Assembly: GCA_016699425.1 (NCBI GenBank)
Contig: CP064975.1
Coordinates: 2,979 to 66,978, forward strand
Source: Candidatus Moraniibacteriota bacterium
Lineage (GTDB): Bacteria; Patescibacteriota; Minisyncoccia; Moranbacterales; UBA1568
DNA length: 64,000 nt
Reading direction: 5' to 3'
Below the pieces are notes generated by a model. It made no database searches, was not told the DNA's origin, and saw only the letters and a list, made by a program, of their open reading frames with translations. The position numbers and the translations under genes were made by a program. Below are positions 58,128-64,000 of the stretch, piece by piece. Positions within the stretch are counted from its first letter, which is position 1, and every line of letters starts with the position of its first letter.

Positions 58128-61106
58128 ATGCCATTCAAAAAAGTTGATGCTAAAGTAAGTTTCCCGAAGCTCGAAGAGGAGATTGTCGAGTACTGGGAAG
58201 ACAATAAGATTTTCGAGAAGTCGGTGAAGAAGGATTCACCGGCAGGGGACTTCATATTTTACGAGGGTCCGCCGACTGCCAACGGGAAGCCGGGATTGCA
58301 CCATGTCCTAGCGCGCTCGTTCAAGGATATTATCCACCGTTACAAAACGATGAAAGGGTATCGTGTGGCGAGGAAAGCTGGCTGGGATACCCATGGGCTC
58401 CCGGTCGAACTTCAGGTTGAGAAAGCACTGGGACTCAGGAGCAAGCAGGACATCGAGAACATCGTGCCGGGTGATGTGCGGGCGAGCGTGATCGAATTCA
58501 ACAAGCGGTGCAAAGAGTCAGTCTGGGAATATCGCGACCTCTGGGAAAAGATGACGAAGCGGATGGGGTACTGGGTGGATATGGAGCATCCGTATGTGAC
58601 GTACGAGAACGAGTACATCGAGTCGGTGTGGTGGCAGCTCGCGCAGATCGCGGAGCTGAAAAATGAAGCGGGCGAATCGTTTGTTTACAAAGGACACAAG
58701 GTCGTTCCGTATTGCTATCGTTGCGGCACTGCGTTGTCGTCACACGAAGTGGCGCAAGGGTACAAAGTGGTCAAAGATCTTTCCGTGACGGTCGAATTTG
58801 AATTGGTTGGTGAATCAGCGAAGACCTCGGTGCTGGCGTGGACGACGACCCCGTGGACGCTCCCGGGCAACGTCGCCTTGGCGGTGAACAAGGATATCGA
58901 TTACGTTACGGTCGAAAAGAAAGACGAAGGCGGCAGTGAGACGGTTCGCTTTGTCGTGGCCAAGGATCGTTTGAAAACTATTTTTGGCGATGATGGCTAC
59001 GCTGTGGTGGGTGAATACAAAGGCTCTGAGCTCGTCGGTAAAGCGTATAAGCCGCTGTTTGATTACTATTCGAAGGATGAAACGCTCAAACATCGCGAGA
59101 ACGGTTGGAAGATCTATCACGCCGATTTCGTGACGACTGAGATGGGTACGGGTATCGCTCACGAGGCGCCCGCCTTTGGCGAGGACGATATGGATCTGGC
59201 GCGAGCCGAAAAGCTCCCGATCATCCATCATGTGAAGTTGGACGGGATGTTCGAGAGCGTAGTGACCGACTTTGCCTCGCTCCTCGCGAAACCGAAGGAC
59301 GAACCGCAAGCAACCGATGTCGAGTTGATCAAATATCTGGCGCATGCCGGACTCCTGTTTTCGAAAGAGAAATACGAGCATGAGTACCCATTCTGTTGGC
59401 GCTGCGATACACCGCTCATTTACTATGCTAAGCCGTCATGGTTCATTCGGATGAGCGAGCTCGCCACGGCTCTCGTCGCGAATAACGAAAAAATTGTCTG
59501 GGTACCGGAGAATATCAAGGAAGGGCGTTTCGGTGAATGGCTGCGTGGCGTGAAGGACTGGGCGATCTCTCGCGAGCGGTACTGGGGGACACCATTGCCC
59601 ATCTGGGAATGTGAGCAATGCGATGCCCGGAAGATCCTTTCATCGGCCCAGGAATTGAGCGGATTGGAGGATCTGCATAAGCCCTACATCGATGATGTGA
59701 CCCTTGTGTGTGCATGTGGCGGAACGATGAAGCGGACGCCTGAGGTGATGGATGTCTGGTTTGACTCCGGCGCGATGCCCTTGGCACAGTTCGACTATCC
59801 AAATGCGGTCACGGAAGATGACAAGCGAAACATCGAATCGGGGAAGTATTTCCCTGCGGACTATATCTGCGAAGCCATCGATCAGACGCGCGGCTGGTTC
59901 TATACGCTCCATGCTATCGCGACGCTCCTTAACAAGTCAGGAAAGGTGCCGGCGGGTAATGCGTATAAGAACGTCATTTGTCTCGGGCATGTCCTCGATG
60001 GTAAAGGGAAAAAGATGTCCAAGTCCAAGGGCAATGTGATCGACCCGTTTGAGATGTTCGATCAATTTGGCGCCGATCAGTTGCGCTGGTTTTTCTTCGC
60101 TATCAATCAGCCGGGACTGCCGAAACGATTCGACCTGAAGGGGATGCGCGATGTGCAGAATCGGGTTTTCCGCATGCTCTGGAATTCGTATTCGTTTTTC
60201 ACCATGTACGCGACGATTGATAAATGGGAACCGAGTGAAAAGAGTGAACTGTCCAAGAATCTCCTCGATCGCTGGATTCTCTCAGAGCTCGCAGTTCTTG
60301 TCCGAGAAGTGGATCAAGATCTCGAGAAATACGATGTCTATTCGCCAACTCAAAAGATCGAAAGCTTTATCGACAATCTCTCCAATTGGTATATCCGCCG
60401 AAGTCGTAAGCGCTTCTGGAAGTCCGAGGATGACGGCGACAAGGAACAGGCGTATCAGACGCTCTATACTGTCCTCGTCACGCTCGCGAAACTGATGGCA
60501 CCATTCACGCCATTCATCGCCGAGGAAATCTATCGCAATCTCACTGATGAAGAATCTGTCCATCTCGCTGAGTATCCGGTTGCGGATGATTCACTCATTG
60601 ATGAGAAGTTGGCAATAGAGATGGAAGTGGCTCGATTCATAGTATCAGCAGGCCTTCAAGAGCGAGCAGTACAGAAAATACAGGTTAGGCAGCCTTTGAA
60701 GTATGTAAGTGCGACAGATTTACCAGAATTTCTGCAAGAAATAATCAAAGATGAATTGAATGTAAAGGAGTATAAAGTTTACGACAACATACAGGATAAA
60801 GACTTTGTTGGATTTCACGGACTCGATGTAGAAATCACCCCCGAACTGAAACTCGAGGGGGAGGCGCGGGAAATCATCCGGGCGATTCAGGAGGGGCGCA
60901 AGAAGGCGGGGTTCAATGTGGAGGATCGCATTGCCCTTGGCTTTACCGGCAAAGATGCTGTCTTTGCGGATGCAGAATTGAATGAGCTCATCGCCCATGA
61001 AGTCCTCGCGACATCCGTAACGTCGGGCGCACTTGCTGATGCTGATTACTCTGAGACAGTCGATATCGAAGGGGAATCGTTTACTCTCTTACTAAAACGA
61101 AATTAA
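58128..61106 (+). CDS. ileS: Isoleucine--tRNA ligase (type 2-like, no C-terminal zinc-finger extension)
   Basis: HIGH-like PPTANGKPGLHH and KMSKSKGN motifs with the CP1 editing domain. 992 aa. Confidence 0.9.
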   Translation: MPFKKVDAKVSFPKLEEEIVEYWEDNKIFEKSVKKDSPAGDFIFYEGPPTANGKPGLHHVLARSFKDIIHRYKTMKGYRVARKAGWDTHGLPVELQVEKALGLRSKQDIENIVPGDVRASVIEFNKRCKESVWEYRDLWEKMTKRMGYWVDMEHPYVTYENEYIESVWWQLAQIAELKNEAGESFVYKGHKVVPYCYRCGTALSSHEVAQGYKVVKDLSVTVEFELVGESAKTSVLAWTTTPWTLPGNVALAVNKDIDYVTVEKKDEGGSETVRFVVAKDRLKTIFGDDGYAVVGEYKGSELVGKAYKPLFDYYSKDETLKHRENGWKIYHADFVTTEMGTGIAHEAPAFGEDDMDLARAEKLPIIHHVKLDGMFESVVTDFASLLAKPKDEPQATDVELIKYLAHAGLLFSKEKYEHEYPFCWRCDTPLIYYAKPSWFIRMSELATALVANNEKIVWVPENIKEGRFGEWLRGVKDWAISRERYWGTPLPIWECEQCDARKILSSAQELSGLEDLHKPYIDDVTLVCACGGTMKRTPEVMDVWFDSGAMPLAQFDYPNAVTEDDKRNIESGKYFPADYICEAIDQTRGWFYTLHAIATLLNKSGKVPAGNAYKNVICLGHVLDGKGKKMSKSKGNVIDPFEMFDQFGADQLRWFFFAINQPGLPKRFDLKGMRDVQNRVFRMLWNSYSFFTMYATIDKWEPSEKSELSKNLLDRWILSELAVLVREVDQDLEKYDVYSPTQKIESFIDNLSNWYIRRSRKRFWKSEDDGDKEQAYQTLYTVLVTLAKLMAPFTPFIAEEIYRNLTDEESVHLAEYPVADDSLIDEKLAIEMEVARFIVSAGLQERAVQKIQVRQPLKYVSATDLPEFLQEIIKDELNVKEYKVYDNIQDKDFVGFHGLDVEITPELKLEGEAREIIRAIQEGRKKAGFNVEDRIALGFTGKDAVFADAELNELIAHEVLATSVTSGALADADYSETVDIEGESFTLLLKRN

Positions 61107-61645
61107 TGGAAACAAAAATCAATAACTGGGAGGAGTTATCCCGCGAGGTAGTCTTTCAGAAATATGGCCGAGGCGTAGAGAAGCGTGTGTTCCGATTACC
61201 AGACGGCAAGGAGGCCGATTTCTTTCTCTCAACGGGACATTCGAGTATCGCCTGTCTCGCATTGACCAAGGATTGGCAGGTTATCCTCGTTCGAGAATTC
61301 CGTCCGGGTCCGGCTGAAGTGTTAATTGAACTGCCAGGGGGTGGGGTGAGTCCGGGAGAAAATGTCGAATCCGCCATCGCTCGTGAACTTCTCGAGGAGA
61401 CGGGGTATCGAGGGAACGTGACATTCATCACAAGCGTACTGCCGAGCGCCTATGCCACCTACAGGAAGAATGCCGCTGTTGTAATCGATTGTGAAAAAGT
61501 GGCCGAACCGAAACTTGAGGATAATGGCGAGGAAGTCGAGGCCTTGCTTATGTCTCTCGATGAATTTCGGGCGCATATCCGTACCGGCCATATGACGGAT
61601 GTCGAGATTGCCTATCTCGGTCTTGATTACTTGGGATTGCTATAG
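61106..61645 (+). CDS. NUDIX hydrolase
   Basis: Nudix box GGGVSPGENVESAIARELLEETGY. The ATG overlaps the ileS TAA. Confidence 0.8.
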   Translation: METKINNWEELSREVVFQKYGRGVEKRVFRLPDGKEADFFLSTGHSSIACLALTKDWQVILVREFRPGPAEVLIELPGGGVSPGENVESAIARELLEETGYRGNVTFITSVLPSAYATYRKNAAVVIDCEKVAEPKLEDNGEEVEALLMSLDEFRAHIRTGHMTDVEIAYLGLDYLGLL

Positions 61646-61654
61646 AATAGAATT

Positions 61655-63448
61655 ATGCCTGAGAAATCCGAACCATCTATGTTGGGGTCGTCGCCGAGCA
61701 CACCGCCCGAACCGCTAGAAGCGCATACGGGGCCGTCTGTTTCTGAACGTTTGCCCGAGGCCGGTATTGATTCTGATCGGTTGCCGGAAGCACTGCTCGT
61801 GGACAAAGACATAACATCTTTCGAGATGCGGGCCACGGCTTTTCGTAAAGCGCTTGATGACATTCGGTGGTCCGGGCGTGGCAGTGAAAAACGTGAGATG
61901 TTGGCAGCCGCTTTCGAGGAGTTTTTCCGTCCATATCAGGATAGCGATGGAGCATTGTCGGATATTCTGTCTGATGACAAATTGACAGGAGACGCTCTCC
62001 AAACCTTGCGAGAGGCGTATCTCATGTATCGGGACAGGGTTGATGGGAGAAGTTGGCAAGAGCGCGGTCCGGCGCCAGAGGCATTGCCCGAATTTCTCTC
62101 TCAGGAAATAGTCGGTTCATTGGACGCCCTCGATAAGCTGGATTGGAGTTTGGATTCTACCTCCACGGGTAATCAGAGGGAATTATATAATTCATTATTT
62201 CTCGTGAGCGAGGCACTCGATACGGCAGTCGGAGAGAATCGCAAGAAACTCGAAGTGTGGCTTGCCAAACATGCGGGGGATATTGGGAAGTTGAAGTTCG
62301 AGTATGAGTATAAGGAGGGGTCATATGATACATCTCTCTATCTCGCATTGGAGAACATACTCGCGCGAGTCGAAGATCAGAATCTCGCCAGGGAGATATT
62401 GAAAATAGGGGCAGAGAAAGCGGTTCAGGACAATGAAGGGACTACCGTGAGTGAGTTTTTCGAGCGAGTTGAGGAGCCGCTTTTGAAACAAGTCAGGCCA
62501 GATGATTCGAGTTTGGTTCGGAGACAGGAAATGACGGCCCGTGTTGCCGCTGAGATGTTGGGTCTGGATCCTGATACCGTAGACAAATGGAGAGAGGCGA
62601 AAAAAAAGATGAAATCAGAAGCGGGTGATGAACAATACGTTCCAAACTATGTGGGTAACTTGAGATCAGCCATTGACCTGGAGACAGAACGCCCTGGCGT
62701 AGCCAAGACGCTCAACGAACAGTTTGGTATCGCAGATTTTGCCCGGTACGATAAACAAATGCTGCTGAGGCAGGCAGAGAAAATCGATGCTGATGTCCCA
62801 TACGGCATCGTGGCGTATCCCGAAAGTGATTATAATGGTGCGTTTTACCAGGATTCGACATCGCTCGCGGAAATGGCTTTGAAACTACGGATGGGAGGAC
62901 TGGAAACCCGGGTCATCGAGGCAGGCTCGCAGAGAGAGCTGGCACGTCAGCTGGTTGCCTTGCATAGGAAATATTCTCCTGCTGGGAATAAGATCGCGTT
63001 CGCAGTTGTTGGCGGGCACGGGGCAAGATCATCAGTATCTCTCGGGTCGAAGGGAGAGTATTCATCGCCACCCCCGCTGTCAGAGGAGGAAGAAAATTAT
63101 CTTGCTGAGGTCGAGAAGTGGAAGAAGCGAAATCTCACAACGGACAGTGGGCGATTTACAACAGGCGATATCATAAATGGACCAGGTATAAGAAAGGCTG
63201 CGGAGAAGTTCTTTGATTCTGACGCTCCGGTCGTGTTGGTCTCCTGCAGGACAGGCGAGGAAGGTGGGATTGCCGAGACAGCTTCGGGGAAGCTCGGATT
63301 CGAGATGACCGCCCCAGATAAGCCAACCAGCCTCAAACGCATCGACGTTTCGTTCAATGAATCCGGAAAGTTGAAACTTGATGTTAAGTATGATGATGAG
63401 GGGAGTACGAAACAGTATCATCGGGGGAAATCGAAAACAGACAGTTGA
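61655..63448 (+). CDS. Large hypothetical protein (597 aa)
   Basis: Intact ORF with no recognised motif. The C-terminal region is rich in GG and K. Confidence 0.45.
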   Translation: MPEKSEPSMLGSSPSTPPEPLEAHTGPSVSERLPEAGIDSDRLPEALLVDKDITSFEMRATAFRKALDDIRWSGRGSEKREMLAAAFEEFFRPYQDSDGALSDILSDDKLTGDALQTLREAYLMYRDRVDGRSWQERGPAPEALPEFLSQEIVGSLDALDKLDWSLDSTSTGNQRELYNSLFLVSEALDTAVGENRKKLEVWLAKHAGDIGKLKFEYEYKEGSYDTSLYLALENILARVEDQNLAREILKIGAEKAVQDNEGTTVSEFFERVEEPLLKQVRPDDSSLVRRQEMTARVAAEMLGLDPDTVDKWREAKKKMKSEAGDEQYVPNYVGNLRSAIDLETERPGVAKTLNEQFGIADFARYDKQMLLRQAEKIDADVPYGIVAYPESDYNGAFYQDSTSLAEMALKLRMGGLETRVIEAGSQRELARQLVALHRKYSPAGNKIAFAVVGGHGARSSVSLGSKGEYSSPPPLSEEEENYLAEVEKWKKRNLTTDSGRFTTGDIINGPGIRKAAEKFFDSDAPVVLVSCRTGEEGGIAETASGKLGFEMTAPDKPTSLKRIDVSFNESGKLKLDVKYDDEGSTKQYHRGKSKTDS

Positions 63449-63612
63449 GAATTTACGGGGTGTGGTCTTCGGAAAGCGGACACAAAGTGGGGTTTGCTGC
63501 ATGGCTTTTTTCGGTTGACTCATCCCGTGCCGCGTGGTACGCTGACACTCCAGTTTCTTCACAACCGATCCATCTACACTCGGTATCCGAGTTCTTTCGC
63601 AGGAGGCAAATC

Positions 63613-64000
63613 ATGCCATCTTACAGCTCTGTAATTGGGCGCTGGCTCGCGGGGCTTGTCCTCGCCGTTCTCGCACTCATCGGTGTCGTGTCAGACGCCT
63701 CGGCACAAGCTGTGACACCATCGGTTTCATCCGATGAAATCGAGTACCATGTCCGCCAGGGTGACACGCTCTCGGACATCGCTCGCCGTTTCTGTAGCGA
63801 CTATCGGGTTATCGCCCGAGACAACCGCATCGCGAATCCGAATCGGATTTATGCAGGACGCACCGTCCTGAAGTTCAAAAATGGTTGTTCCCTCAACGCT
63901 CCCTCGGTTTTAGAGAAACAGTCTGTTTCCCTGAGGGAGCTTGCTGGTAACAGTGAGGCTTCTTCAGGAAAACAATCTTTTCCCACTGAAGCCGAACCGC
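63613..64000 (+). CDS. Secreted LysM-domain protein (3' partial, runs off the window)
   Basis: AGGAGG SD, signal peptide and LysM motif YHVRQGDTLSDIARRF...IANPNRIYAGRTVLKF. Confidence 0.65.
   Translation, partial: MPSYSSVIGRWLAGLVLAVLALIGVVSDASAQAVTPSVSSDEIEYHVRQGDTLSDIARRFCSDYRVIARDNRIANPNRIYAGRTVLKFKNGCSLNAPSVLEKQSVSLRELAGNSEASSGKQSFPTEAEP

Overview
This is a high-GC bacterial window; phylum is uncertain (Actinobacteria-, Chloroflexi- or CPR-like traits such as a T-box on ileS and a GT39 gene). The flanks carry ordinary housekeeping genes: a secreted cyclophilin, typA/bipA, a GT39 membrane glycosyltransferase, a yciB-like gene, an RND efflux pair, a P1B-type ATPase, an ABC-F ATPase, a fused GH18-like/CE4/GT2 exopolysaccharide synthase, a MacB-like ABC pair, a DsbA-like protein, rplT-rpmI-infC, tmRNA plus smpB, argS, a T-box-regulated ileS, a NUDIX hydrolase and a LysM protein. 

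The centre, about 12.6-36.8 kb, is an accessory island of tightly packed secreted or surface protein genes. These are LamG repeat proteins, two ConA-like paralog families, a 1624-aa FG-GAP/FN3/LamG adhesin and a beta-helix protein. Nearly every cassette ends in the same ~45-nt element, which encodes ...DTTPPAAPTGLGVQ-stop and carries a TACAAT -10-like hexamer 8-15 nt before the next start codon. Non-homologous folds share this tail, and copies differ mainly at codon wobble positions. 

The island also holds mosaic and decaying duplicate cassettes. Selfish or defence genes sit at cassette boundaries: a low-GC AAA ATPase, an AbiEi/AbiEii pair and an IS200-like tnpA. 

Many conserved genes carry 1-nt contractions in G/C homopolymer runs, so frameshifts here may be sequencing artifacts. 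There are also three in-frame TAG codons. No CRISPR array, rRNA, tRNA or integrase was seen.
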